A DNA stretch of 60,560 nucleotides. It comes from Octopus bimaculoides. Its lineage: Eukaryota. Positions 24,883 through 37,468 of the stretch are shown here, piece after piece. A program made the position numbers and the translations under genes. The stretch spans positions 75,104,736 to 75,165,295 of the forward strand of contig NC_068982.1 in the NCBI RefSeq assembly GCF_001194135.2, read 5' to 3'. The first letter of the stretch is position 1; each line of letters starts with the position of its first letter. The notes below the pieces were generated by a model, which was not told where the DNA came from, ran no database searches, and saw only the letters and a list, made by a program, of their open reading frames with translations.

Positions 24883-26381
24883 ACACCCCAGTTTGAGCAG
24901 TGCATATACAGGGAAAAGTAAGCATAGGGGACAAAAATTAGCATACAAAGAGTGATTTTTTTGAAGACATTTTTTTGAAAATAAGAGTGTCTTACTTATA
25001 TAACATCCAATATAATATGTCCCTTGAAAGCTGATAATATTCTGTCTTGACATCAACAATAAGAGTCAGAGAAATAAAACAAAACTTTAGTTCTGCTCAT
25101 AATTATTCAAGATTTCCTGTTGTTGAAAAATATTAGTAAATAGCTTTAAATCATTTTTCTCAATAAAAATGGACAGCATTATTGTTGGGGCTGTTAGTTA
25201 TAACGTGATTGACATCAACATTATCACCACCACTGCAACTACCATTACCAACTTCGGCGGCGTCACCGCCACCGCCACCACCACATTTATCGCCATCATT
25301 ACCACCTCCACCATCATCACTATGATTATCAACACCACCATCATCATCTCACTATCTCATGCTATCTTTTCACATGGTTGATATCTCTTAAATTTATATA
25401 AGAGACCCATAAACAAACATTCATATCTAATTTCTATCAATTACAGAAGCCACCTCGAAATAGCTGTTTTCTAATCTCTAGAAAGCTTTTCTTGTTCTGA
25501 ATTGGTATATTGTCATGGTTGTATCAAATTTAATGCAAGATCAGGTTTAATGTATCATTTTGTAAACAAAGCATAATGAAGAGATTGTGTTGAACATAAC
25601 AGAAAGGAAATCTACTCAAGTTCAAACAGTTTCAAGGTCTGCACAAAGTTTCCAAAAAAGTCACTAGTTTGTAACTTTTTACTATTTATCAACAGTGAGA
25701 GAGAGACAGATCGCTATTTGAAAGGTAACCAACAGTCACAATTGGTGACTAACTGTACGACTGATTTTCAGTCCTTTTTGATTTTGTGGCTTATTGGAGA
25801 TGAAAGCAAAAATTACTTATGTTCTTCATATAGAAAGTTTTTAAAATTACTGACAGACTTTTAAAGTTTAAAAAAAATAATAACTGTATAGGAGAAGGCA
25901 TGGCTGTGTGGTAAATTTGCTTCCCAATCACATGGTTCTGGGTTCAGTCCTGCTGTGTGGCACCTTGGGTAAGCATCAACTACTATAGCCTCAGACCAGC
26001 CAAAGCCTTATGAGTGAATTTGGCAGATGGAAATTGAAAGAAGCCTGTCATATACATACATGTATGACATTACAGAGTGTACTGGGTGCTTTGTGTAAAG
26101 TGGCTGGCATTGGGAAAGGCATCCTGTCAGAGAAATCTTGCCAAAGCAGACGTTGGAGCTCAATGCAACCCTCCTGGCTCACTGGATTGTATGATGGTCT
26201 TCTTTTCCATCTCCATCAACCAGATCCCTTCACAAGGTTTGGTCAGCAGTCAGCCCTAGGCTCTAATAAAAAACACTTTACCCAAAATCACATGTGGGAT
26301 TGAACCCAAAACTACATGTTTGGGAAGTGAACTTCTCACAGTTTATTAATTGGCATTCAGTATTTGAATACTGTTGCTTAC

Positions 26382-26520
26382 AGGAGATTTATCAGTTGCA
26401 GAATAAGCATCCTTCAGTCCATTAGCACAACATCCAATTAAGGAAAACAGAGGATTGTCAGAAAGATATATGCAAAGGGAATTCTCCCCTGGAACCTTTT
26501 TATTATCACAATTATAATAC
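26382..26520 (-). CDS. Candidate internal exon of an unidentified gene
   Basis: ttgtcAG acceptor, GTAAGC donor; 139 nt open in one frame as YYNCDNKKVPGENSLCIYLSDNPLFSLIGCCANGLKDAYSATDKSP. No homology recognised. Confidence 0.35.
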
Positions 26521-27000
26521 CTGACAAATTATTTCTGAGGGTCTAATGTAGCAGCAGGAATGTCTTTGATCACAGGTCAGCTCAGTTAGGATTGATCCAG
26601 GACAAAACAATCACAACAACCATATTAACCTCAATCCAGTAAGGATCTCTTTATGAGTTGATTGACTGGCTATAAATGGCAGTGAAATTTTTCTCAAACT
26701 ATATCATCCCATCTTTAAGAAAAGAAAGGAGATATTCAAAGATATTGTCCTAATAATATTGTCTGGATAAGTTATGGGATTGCCTATGCCGGAGCACTTT
26801 TAATTATGGGAGGCTTTTATCAGATCTGACTTGAGGCTAAACAACAAGAATTATTGAAATTTCAACCATCATTATTATCATCATCATCATCATCATCATC
26901 ATTTAGTGTCCATGTTCCATGCTGGCTGAGTTGGATGGTTTGACAAGATCTACCAAGTCTAAGGATTGTATCACCATTGCTTTGGCATGGTTTCAAATAC

Positions 27001-27925
27001 CAGCTCTTACCTCTGCTGGCAACAAAGGGACTCTCACTCAGAGTAAAAGGCAGACTGTATGACGCATGTGTACGAACAGCCATGCTACATGGCAGTGAAA
27101 CATGGGTTGTGACTGCTGAGGACATGCGTAAGCTCGCAAGGAATGAAGCCAGTATGCTCCGCTGGATGTGTAATGTCAATGTGCATACCCGTCAGAGTGT
27201 AAGTATCTTGAGAGAAAAGCTGAACATAAGAAGCATCAGTTGTGGTGTGCAAGAGAGACGATTGCGCTGGTTTGGACATGTGGTGAGNNNNNNNNNNNNN
27301 NNNNNNNNNNNNNNNNNNNNNNNNNNNNNNNNNNNNNNNNNNNNNNNNNNNNNNNNNNNNNNNNNNNNNNNNNNNNNNNNNNNNNNNNNNNNNNNNNNNN
27401 NNNNNNNNNNNNNNNNNNNNNNNNNNNNNNNNNNNNNNNNNNNNNNNNNNNNNNNNNNNNNNNNNNNNNNNNNNNNNNNNNNNNNNNNNNNNNNNNNNNN
27501 NNNNNNNNNNNNNNNNNNNNNNNNNNNNNNNNNNNNNNNNNNNNNNNNNNNNNNNNNNNNNNNNNNNNNNNNNNNNNNNNNNNNNNNNNNNNNNNNNNNN
27601 NNNNNNNNNNNNNNNNNNNNNNNNNNNNNNNNNNNNNNNNNNNNNNNNNNNNNAAGATCGTTGCCAGTGCCCCTGGACTGGCTCTTGTGCGGGTGGCACA
27701 TAAAAGACACCATTTCGAGCGTGGCCGTTTTCGTGCGGGTGACACGTAAAAGCACCCACTACACTCTCTGAGTGGTTGGCGTTAGGAAGGTCATCCAGCT
27801 GTAGAAACTCTGCCAAATTAGATTGGAGCCTGGTGTTGCCATCCGGTTTCACCAGTCCTCAGTCAAATCGTCCAACCCATGCTAGCATGGAAAGCGGACG
27901 TTAAACAATGATGATAATGATGATG
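27001..27925 (+). mobile_element. Young 5'-truncated RTE-like LINE (ORF2 C-terminus, 3' UTR, GAT tail)
   Basis: LLPLLATKGLSLRVKGRLYDACVRTAMLHGSETW...ERRLRWFGHV open to the gap (27288-27653); 3' UTR nearly identical to 29740-30010; candidate TSD aata(c/t)cagct at 26996-27005 and 27926-27935. Confidence 0.9.
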
Positions 27926-28639
27926 AATATCAGCTACTTTGAAGCATTTTTACTTCATGGCACCAACACTAGTGAGGTCACTATACAGTGTGCAAGACTA
28001 AGAACCCTTTTGACTGAGTGGGATTTATAGCAGGTCAATCAACAACATAAAAACATGCATGTATGAGAGTTCTGGTAACAGCTTTGCAATTATACATACC
28101 CCATATAATGCATGGGTGTACCAGTGACTTGCAAATAACTTGCTTGTGCAAGTGCTGTCATTCAAAAGATATGAGAGGTTAAGATATGAAAGAAGGGCCC
28201 AGAACATAACAGGTCTCTTGCTATAGAGGAGCTACATGGTTACTCACATTACAAAAGAGTGGCTGGGAGTAACCAACATAAGGCTAGAAAGAGAGAGAAA
28301 ATAGTGATAATAAGGTAGTATCAGGGTAGACTCTCAACAGATTATACGAATTCTCAAACATAAAAAAGGGTTTCATAATGCTTTGGGAATCATCCTTCTT
28401 ATTGCCATTTTTCCTGTTCCCCATCTCCTGAGCTGCATGGTGGTGTCACTAGTATTGGTGTCACCAAAAAAAAAAAANNNNNNNNNNAATAAATAAATAA
28501 AGGGCACCCAGTACACTCTGTATAGAAATCATGTCAAGCAGACATTGGAGCACAATGCAGTTCTCGGTCCGTGGGATCCAGCCAAACTGTCTAACCTATG
28601 CTAGCATGGAAGATGGACGTTAAATGATGATGACGACGA

Positions 28640-28850
28640 TGGTTGAAACTTCTATAGTTGTTGCTTAGCCTCAAGCTGATAAGGGAGCCCATGATTGAAA
28701 GTGTTCCAGCATGGCAATCCCATATTTTGGTCAAACGGTGTATCTATGATATCATTGAACGACTATTTTTCTTAAAGTCAGCATAGTTTGATTTGAGGGA
28801 AACTTTTCACTACTATTTATAGCGGGTCAATCAACAACATAAAAACATAC
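28640..28850 (+). mobile_element. Interspersed repeat family D
   Basis: tagttgttgcttagcctcaag...ttgatttgagggaaac...tatttatagcgggtcaatc; reverse copies at about 26640-26860 and 10190-10250. Confidence 0.55.
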
Positions 28851-29257
28851 AAGAAAAAAACACAGAAAAAAAAGGGTAAAGAAAAATTTTAAATCTTGCT
28901 TCAATCTGTTTTCTTTGGCAAACAAACAAAACTTGAATGTATTAAGTAGGTGTAATAAAGTGAAGCATGTAACAAGGCAGAACAACAAAATTATATAAGT
29001 CAAGTTGATTAATAAATTTTTTTCAAAGGAGATTATCAAAACATGATGGTGGAGATGGGATGAGGGGAGAGGTGTTATTCATAAACAAGTTGTTTGTGAT
29101 TATGGGTTGGGTGAGTGCACGTATGAGAGTTCTGGTAACAGCTTTGCAATTATACATACCCCATATAATGCATGGGTGTACCAGTGACTTGCAAACAGCT
29201 TGCTTGTGCAAGTGCTGTCATTCAAAAGCTTTGCATACAAAATGTCAGTAGGAAATG

Positions 29258-30010
29258 TTTCGAGCGGGATCGTTTGCCAGTGCCCCGGGACTGGCTCATG
29301 TGCGGGCGACACATGAAATCTTTCAAGCGGGATCGTTGCCAGTGCCCCTGGACTGGCTCATGTGCGGGCGACACATGATATCTTTCGAGCGGGATCGTTT
29401 GCCAGTGCCCCCGGACTGGCTCATGTGCGGGCGACACATGAAATCTTTCGAGCGGGATCGTTGCCAGTGCCCCTGGACTGGCTCATGTGCAGACGACACG
29501 ATATCTTTCGTGCGAGATCGTTGCCAGTGCCCATGGNNNNNNNNNNNNNNNNNNNNNNNNNNNNNNNNNNNNNNNNNNNNNNNNNNNNNNNNNNNNNNNN
29601 NNNNNNNNNNNNNNNNNNNNNNNNNNNNNNNNNNNNNNNNNNNNNNNNNNNNNNNNNNNNNNNNNNNNNNNNNNNNNNNNNNNNNNNNNNNNNNNNNNNN
29701 NNNNNNNNNNNNNNNNNNNNNNNNNNCTTTCGAGCGGGATCATTGCCAGTGCCCCTGGACTGGCTCAGGTGCGGGTGGCACATAAAAGACACCAATTCGA
29801 GCGTGGCCGTTTTCGTGCGGGTGACACGTAAAAGCACCCACTACACTCTCCGAGTGGTTGGCGTTAGGAAGGGCATCCAGCTGTAGAAACTCTGCCAAAT
29901 TAGATTGGAGCCTGGTGTTGCCATCCGGTTTCACCAGTCCTCAGTCAAATCGTCCAACCCATGCTAGCATGGAAGGCGGACGTTAAACGATGATGATGAT
30001 GATGATGATG
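29258..30010 (+). mobile_element. Young RTE 3'-UTR insertion beginning with a ~62-bp tandem array
   Basis: Units start at 29258, 29321, 29383, 29446, 29506 and about 29728; RTE tail ends in (GAT)n; candidate TSD atgtttc at 29255-29261 and 30008-30014. Confidence 0.88.
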
Positions 30011-30180
30011 TTTCATGGTTCATTAGGAGAGAACATGCACCATACCAGGGCCCTCCTCTTGATGGCTTTACAACATACTGGCTGCCCTTCACTGACATGA
30101 GACCCTGCTTACTGGATTGACTGACTAGTATTTGATTATAATTTCTTCAACAGAATACTAGTTTAACCACTCCATATAAC

Positions 30181-30622
30181 CCCTCATAACCTTATTATTT
30201 TTTGGCGTTTTCAGAAAATTTTTGCAAATTTGTGTTCTACACTCAGGAATTCCTGATTATGCAAAAACAAAATAACTTTTGGATGTGTGATTTAAGGGGG
30301 ATTTAGTTGGGTTTTTTTAGCACATCCCACGACCACCTGATACCATCCTCGTTTCTTTGTCACTCTTACATGTACTGATGTTTTTCAATATTTTTCTCCC
30401 CATAAACACATGTAATGGAATGATGATGTACCCAAGGGTGGTCCACTGCTGAGATTTAAGCAAAAAATTTACCATTCTGATTTCTTTATACATTCAAAAA
30501 GGAGTGGAAATTTTAGGATTTATCGGGGTTGATAAAAAAATTTGATTTTCATAATCATATAAATTCTCATGTGTAGAGCACAAACTTTTTGAAATTTTCA
30601 AAAAATAATAAAGTTATGAGGG
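30181..30622. mobile_element. MITE with long imperfect TIRs
   Basis: Left ccctcataaccttattattttttg versus right caaaaaataataaagttatgaggg, with similarity extending about 90 bp inward. Confidence 0.7.
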
Positions 30623-30789
30623 CCATTCCTTCAACTCAGGCTCATCAGCGTCATTCACATTGTTGAGTCATAAAGATCTGACTCGCCACATAGACAAACA
30701 GAAACCTGCCTTGCACCTACACATCAATTCTTCAATGAGGTTTGATCATCAAGAAAGAAACAAAAAAAAATCTGAATTTTAGCTAGGAC

Positions 30790-31075
30790 CACATCCCAAA
30801 GTCTGGTCCTTCTCTTCACAGCTAGAAAATATATCAGCTCCCAAAAGCTACTGACATTTTACAAGGCTCAAGTGAGGCCCACAATAAAGTACTGCTTCTG
30901 CATCTAAAACAGTGTTACTACTATGCACACACATATCTTGGCCCACATCCAGAAAACGACCACTCAACTGATTGGTATTAAACCACAAACAGACACACTC
31001 CCACCTTTGGCCCATAGGAATGTTGTCTCCTCTCTGTTTTTTCTATTGCTACTATAATAGTCTTTGTTTCTCAAT
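30790..31075 (+). pseudogene. CR1/Jockey-group LINE RT C-terminal fragment
   Basis: LLFTARKYISSQKLLTFYKAQVRPTIKYC...ILAHIQK..QLIG...DTLPPLAHRN matches the YKAQVRP.MEYC / PLAHRR motif type; contains a stop. Confidence 0.75.
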
Positions 31076-31224
31076 AAAGTATCAAGTCAATTGACTGGCT
31101 GTCTTGTACCTTTACCACTCAGAAACCTCTGACAAACTCATCTTTCCATCTTTCATCACCTTCCCTTCCGGCTCCATATTAACCACTCTACCTTTTCCTT
31201 TCTCCTCTGAATAAAAGAAAAGTT

Positions 31225-31462
31225 ACCTTCTTGAGTCTTGCCAACTTATAAGGGCTGGTTTCCCAGTTTTCATGGCATATAAATTCCCCACCTGGATGGG
31301 ACGCTGGTCCATCGCAGGATTACTCATTTTTGCCAGATGGGTGGACTGGAGCAACATGAAATAAAGTGTTTTGCTCAAGAACACATGTCACCCAATCCAG
31401 GAATCAGAACCACAATCTTACAGTCATGAGCCCAACACTCTAACCACTAAGCTACGCGCCTC
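31225..31462 (-). mobile_element. tRNA-derived SINE family F
   Basis: Minus strand gaggcgcgTAGCTTAGTGG (A box)...GGTTCTGATTCC (B-box-like)...gctccagtccaccc...gcgatggaccagcgtcccatccagg. Confidence 0.8.
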
Positions 31463-31699
31463 CTCTCCTCTGAATACCATCCCACTGGAATCTCCCTACT
31501 CATGTCAAAGGCAATAAACATATGTCTGTTTCTCTTATTTGACAATTCACCAATTATTAAATAAAAATTGTATATTATTCTTATGCAAAATGTTCGTAAA
31601 GAACAAGGAAAGAAAAAAGGTAAAAAAATAAAAATAAAACTTCAACAAATTAATTAGAGAAGTTGATTATTTAAAAGAAAAATACAATTAACAATGAAA

Positions 31700-32085
31700 T
31701 GAGTCTCCTTTTATCTTTTTTATCATTTACTTCAATCATTGTGCTGTGGCAATGCTGGGGCACTGCCATGAAGGATTTAGTCAAATTGACCCAAGTACTT
31801 AGTTTTAAGTTGTACTTATTCTATCAATCTCTTTTGCTGAGTCACTAAGTTATGGAGATGTAAACAAACTAACACTAGTTGTCATGCAATGGTCGGGGAC
31901 AAGCACAACACAAACAAACACACACACACACATATGCGCTTCCTCACAATTTCCATCTACCAAATTCACACACATGACACTGGTCAGCCCAGGGCTATAG
32001 TAGAAGACATTCACCCAAGGTGCCACACAGTGGGACTGAACCCAAAGCCACATGATTGAAAAATGAGCCTCTTAACCACTCAGCT
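31700..32085 (-). mobile_element. SINE family B
   Basis: Same organisation as 20370-20772. Confidence 0.8.
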
Positions 32086-32299
32086 ATTCCTGTCCATAAT
32101 TTTTAAATGTAGGAGGCATCAGGAATATATCTTTCTAGAAAGTAAACTGTGTTTGGTTTTTATTGAAGATAGTGATTTTTCTACAGGCATTTAATAAAGT
32201 TTTTGTGAAGAAGAAGGATTTGAGACTTAAATTTAAAATATTTTCAAAATGATATTGAAAATATACATAAAATAATTTTGATTATTTTTGCTTAGCAGA

Positions 32300-32370
32300 A
32301 AGTTACAAAAGTGGCTCAAGGGTCGAGAGTTCATGCATGATACTCTATACAATGAGTTGAATATAAAGTT
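32300..32370 (+). pseudogene. Possible mariner transposase C-terminal remnant
   Basis: KLQKWLKGREF preceded, in another frame, by DYF; resembles the DY.LF..LK..L.G.RF motif. Very short. Confidence 0.25.
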
Positions 32371-32554
32371 TTGTTAATTATAGAAGAAATTTTAAAGGTG
32401 ACTGAAAGCTAATTTGAAAGTTGCAGAACAGATATATATATGCCCAAGTACACTTCAACCATATGGGTGTGGTGTAATGTATATGCATATATATATACAT
32501 TACAGCCGCCCTGATTGACCGCTAGCCCCAAAAGTTTTTTTATTCTCTCTCTGT

Positions 32555-32689
32555 TTATTTCATGTTCCTTTCTGTTGAAGAGCATAGGCTCGAAACGTAA
32601 AAGATTTTCTCACCTTTCCAAGCATTAAACTAATACACCTGTTTGTTGTTTATACACCTGTCTTCGTCCTTTGTTTTTCTGTAAATTTC

Positions 32690-32692
<3 letters not shown>
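32555..32692 (+). mobile_element. Putative Penelope-like terminal fragment
   Basis: Homologous to 43670-43806; carries TTGAAGAG-CATAGG-CTCGAAACGTA; ends in a TA run. Confidence 0.5.
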
Positions 32693-32753
<61 letters not shown>

Positions 32754-33689
32754 ATACAATTTCAGTGTGGAAGGTGTTTATAAGCCATTTAAAAACAAAC
32801 ACACTAAAACTGTTAGATTCACTTCAACATTTAAATTTAATTTGCTAAAATATTTTCGTTGCTTTGTTCACTGACAAAATTCCGTACACATATACAGACA
32901 CATCACACATGCACACAGAGGTTCTGTATACTGACCTAGAGATATGTGTGTGTGTGTGTGTGTGTGTGCGTGTGTGCGCGCGCGCGCGTGCATGTGTGTA
33001 TAAAAGCATTACATTTAAAAGTTTACACTAAAACATATTTGCATTTGAATTCTGAAAGACGTGATAAGACATTACATTAGTTTCTTGTAAAGACAGTAGT
33101 ATTATTTAAAAAAATTATCTAGGAACAGATGTTTCGGAATGCATATGTGTGCTGATTATAGCAAACTTTAAAGGGATTTCAAATATGCCCTACATCTCTG
33201 TTAGATATGTTATTAGCCAGTATGCTGCATTAGTAAATTATATGCTTAGCTAAACAGCTAGAAGCTAGCAATGAACAGTTAATTTAGTTCATAGAGTTGT
33301 AGTTACTAGTAGTTGAATTAGTGACAGACTTATTTAGTTTAAACAAATTAAAGAAGGAAAGTCAAGCTGGAAAAGTATGGTGCAGTAATATATGAGATTT
33401 TAACTGTATTTTTATGGAAATTTTATGGTATTTACAGAATGGGTGGAAGTGTTTTTAAAGTGGTTTAAAGAAATTAAGGTGCTAATGGTATGGCAACAGC
33501 AATATTTAAGAGGGTGGTATATCAGGTAAAATTCCATTTCCTGCCCCAGTATAATAACTATTATGTTTTTATTATTCATTAGCTTAGAGTTAAACACTCT
33601 GGAGAAGTAGACCTACATTAATATGTATATAAGAGCATTTATATATTGAAAATTTAGATAATTTAATAATTACGTATATAACGTATCTC

Positions 33690-34070
33690 TTTTATCTTTG
33701 ATCTTTTACTTGTTTCAGTCATTTAACTATGGCTATACTGGAGCACCACCTTGAAGGGTTTTAGTCAAACAATTCAACCCCAAGACTTTTTTTTTAAAGC
33801 TTAGTACTTCTATTGGCATTGTTTGCTGAACTGCTAAGTTACAGAGATGTAAACATGCCAACACCAGTTGTCAAGCAAAGACTCACACACACACATATAA
33901 ATTTATATATATGGCAGGCTTCTTTCAGTTCCCAACAAACACATCCATTCACAAGGCTTTGGTCAGCCAGAGGGTATAGTAGAAGACACTTGCCCAAGGT
34001 GCCACACAGTGGGACTGACCCAAAACCATGTGGTCAGGAAGCAAGCTTCTTACCACACAGCAATGCCCAC
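33690..34070 (-). mobile_element. SINE family B
   Basis: Same organisation as 20370-20772. Confidence 0.8.
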
Positions 34071-34087
34071 ACTTATTATTATGTATA

Positions 34088-34161
<74 letters not shown>

Positions 34162-34569
34162 ACATATTTAATAAAAACTACATTTAAATACCAATCTAAA
34201 ACCAAAGAAAACACAAACATGAGTGAAGAAAGACAAAAATAAAGAAAATAGAGGAAAATAGGGAGAAAGAAAAAGAAACATTGAGAATTTGATTATTGAC
34301 TCACTTCAATATACTACTGGTAGTATTTCATCAACCTCAGAGTGATGAAAAGTAAATACAAAATTAGAATATAGACAGACAAGAGCAACACCCAGTTAGA
34401 TGCATAGACAGAGACACAATGAATCAGATGTGCAAATAGGGAGATAAATAAATAAGGGGATGGAGGTAGGAAAACCAGTGTGTAGGTTTGAGGTAAGTAA
34501 GGAAGTGAAGAAAAAGTCATAAATGACAGTGTGGATGGGATAAACTAATACAACCAATCAAGTCCTCTA

Positions 34570-34850
34570 ATGTGTTGACCCTCTTCACCTAGGTGTCACA
34601 GCCCATAATGTGGAAGAGAGAAAAATTAACACATACAGGGGCCTGACCGGCCACCATCAGTTTGTGCCAGTCGCTATCAAGACGTCAGGTATTCTCAGAC
34701 CCTACATTACCAATTTACTCCACAAAATCAGGATAACAGTGGCCCATCTGAGAAATGAGTCCTATGAGGTGGAGTGGTTGCTGCAGTGAGTATCACTGAC
34801 CATTCTCTGCAGCAACACCACCACAGTCATAACTATGGCATGCAGCTGAG
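34570..34850 (+). pseudogene. CRE-like non-LTR retrotransposon C-terminal endonuclease fragment
   Basis: VEERKINTYRGLTGHHQFVPVAIKTSGILRP...EVEWLLQ*VSLTILCSN matches the AE.RK..KY..L...F.P.AIET.G..G / QR.SL.I.RGN pattern. Confidence 0.7.
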
Positions 34851-35224
34851 CATACTATTTGTTCCAGAGTGTATGGCACATCACTCCCTCTACCTCCACC
34901 TTCTGCTGCTTTATTGCCCCTTTTTTTCTTTCTTTTCATTTTTTATCTCCCTTTTTTGTTTGCTTCTTTCTATTTAATTGTTATAATTTAAAATGTGATC
35001 TACAATCTTTTCTCTGGAAACAAAAAAGTAGCTAATTTTTTAAGAAAATACTTGTTGATAAAAACCTCCAATCCCCCATCACCACCACCAAAAAAAAAAA
35101 CAGTTAATGAAAATAAAAAAAAATATAGTAGAATGATTATTTTGGTAATTCCTAAATTCATAATAACCCCATTTGTGTATAGTAAGTACAATGGGGAAAT
35201 CAGCTTGGTAAAGTGGACCCTTGT

Positions 35225-35441
35225 TTAACCCTTTAGCATTTAAACCAGCCATATCAGACTGAAATATTCTGTTTTATGTTCAAAGTGGCTGGATCTGGCC
35301 TCTCACACCTACCTCACAAAATCATTCTAAATATAAACATTCCGTTCATCAAAATCTCAAAGCTACAAGATAATGCATGATTAACTCGGCATTTATGAAT
35401 AAGTATTACATTTGACAGAATAATCTGAATGTTAGAGTTAA
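35225..35441 (+). mobile_element. piggyBac-like MITE family E
   Basis: TTAA-CCCtttagcatt left end; degenerate right end aatgttagagTTAA. Confidence 0.75.
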
Positions 35442-35869
35442 GCTATATTCATAGATGAGGAGCTGAAATCAGCACTGCAAACTAATGAAACACTAGTCAA
35501 TTTTACAGTGCTGCCACAGGTGTGATGACTACTGGACAGTTAAATATCTTGGCCATGAAACACCACAGTGCTGACAACAGGATACAAACTGCTGAGTTCT
35601 TCAATGAATGGTTGGTATCCTATTGATCCAGACAACTATTGGCACTGTTAGAAAGCTTATTCTATAAAACTAAAGCTATCAACAGAATTGTCTTTACAGA
35701 ATTCTGGACCCCTGGGTACAACAATGCACTGGGATCACTAGGAGTTCTGCATATACAACTACAACATATGCAGATTGACATTGGGCTTCTAGAATACAAA
35801 CAAATTAAATAATTAAACGTGCTTTAGTGTTACTTCCACACAGCTAACAAGGGCTATTTAACAGTAATC

Positions 35870-36060
35870 ATTTTTAATACAGATACAGGATAGCAATTTT
35901 GAGCAGAGGGGTTAATCAATACCATTAGCTCCAGTACATGGTAGTTTATTTTATCAACCCCAGAGGTATGAAAAACAAGGCTCAACTTGGCAAGATTAGA
36001 AGTCAGAATGTAAAGGCATTTTTTTTACCAACATTTTAACAATTCTGTCAGCTCACTACC
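35870..36060 (-). mobile_element. SINE family A
   Basis: Diverged copy of the family-A core. Confidence 0.65.
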
Positions 36061-37224
36061 CTCAGGGATATTAGTAAAAACATAACATTAATGACAATAA
36101 CAGGATCAATTTTTATTTCTTCTTTAGTGAGGAGGAAGGATAGTGCCCATGGCCATTTACAATGCCTCTGAGTCTGATGGGAGGGAGAGAGAAAGATATC
36201 ATCAAGCCAGAGATTTGGCCTGACTGCTTGCAAAAGAGAAGTCTCCACTGAAGACACCAGAGGCACCAGGTAATGGCATTAAATTGGGTGATGGAATAAG
36301 TCTATCAACAAGTAGGTCATGGTGGGATTTGAATATGAGAATGCAAAGAACTGGAATAAATACCACACGGTATCTGCCAGACTGATGTTCTGCAGTTCTG
36401 TCAATGTACCACCCCCAGATTGGTATTGTTTCATATATTTCCAAAAAATGAAAAGTAAAAATTGATGAGGAAGAAGCAAGAAGAAATCAGAGATGAACAA
36501 AAGAAGTCAAGAGAGAGATGTATGTTCTTACTTACATAGAGATAGGAATTCCTGCGTTTAAAGTTGTGGACAATTTTCTGAAACATTTTGGGTAATTTTT
36601 TCTTCTTGGACAGAAGATGTAGATGATCCATTGTCAGAATAATCCCTGCCTTCTGGTCTCTATTCCCCAGTCATGTGGATTAACAGTAAGAACTGAGAAC
36701 TAACTAAACTACTAAATGCTGTACTATTGGAGGCAATACAGGGAAAGGAGGGGGTTAAAAACAAATGAAGTTGTATTTAGAAAAGAAAGAAAGCAAATCA
36801 AAAGAATAAAGGGAGGAGTGGGATTTTGAGAATGAGAGAGGAGAAGGAAGGAAGGGAAAAGGAAGAGACAAAGAAATGATGAAAATGAGTGAAGAAAATG
36901 AAAAATAAGGAAAAGTGAAAGAAAGAAAAGAAATGAAGACAAGTGAAAGGAACATAAAGAATGGGTTTTTTTTTTAAATATCATTGAGAAAATTCTTTAC
37001 TTTCATTTTAAAAAATTTATTTATATCTTTATTGAAATTTATGAATGAAATATACTTAATGACAATTTTTTAAAAGTACAGATAAAAGATTTATTTACAA
37101 TTCATGTAGACATTTTACATATTTGTTCTATATTTTTTCTCTATATTTTATAAAAATGTTACAATAAAGCATACAAACTTAACATAAAACTAAACTGGAA
37201 AGAAATTATATTTTTGCATTAAGC

Positions 37225-37285
<61 letters not shown>

Positions 37286-37468
37286 TATACACATATATAT
37301 ACACATACATATATATATATATACATATATATATATTTACACATATATATATACACATATATATACATATACATTATGTAAGCAATTTCATTATAATTGC
37401 CACAAAAGGTGTATTTTCCGTCATGAAAAAGTACAAAAAATCTGTCAGTGGAGGAGGGAGAAATTGTT

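Noticed and set aside
29255-29785. Tandem array as a CRISPR or as a 176-aa protein
   Set aside because: Units are contiguous with no unique spacers, there are no cas genes, the context is eukaryotic, and the unit derives from the RTE 3' UTR.
33439-33525. Plus-strand exon EWVEVFLKWFKEIKVLMVWQQQYLRGWYIR
   Set aside because: It is an isolated open frame with no compatible partner exon or recognisable homology, and the opposite strand is equally open.
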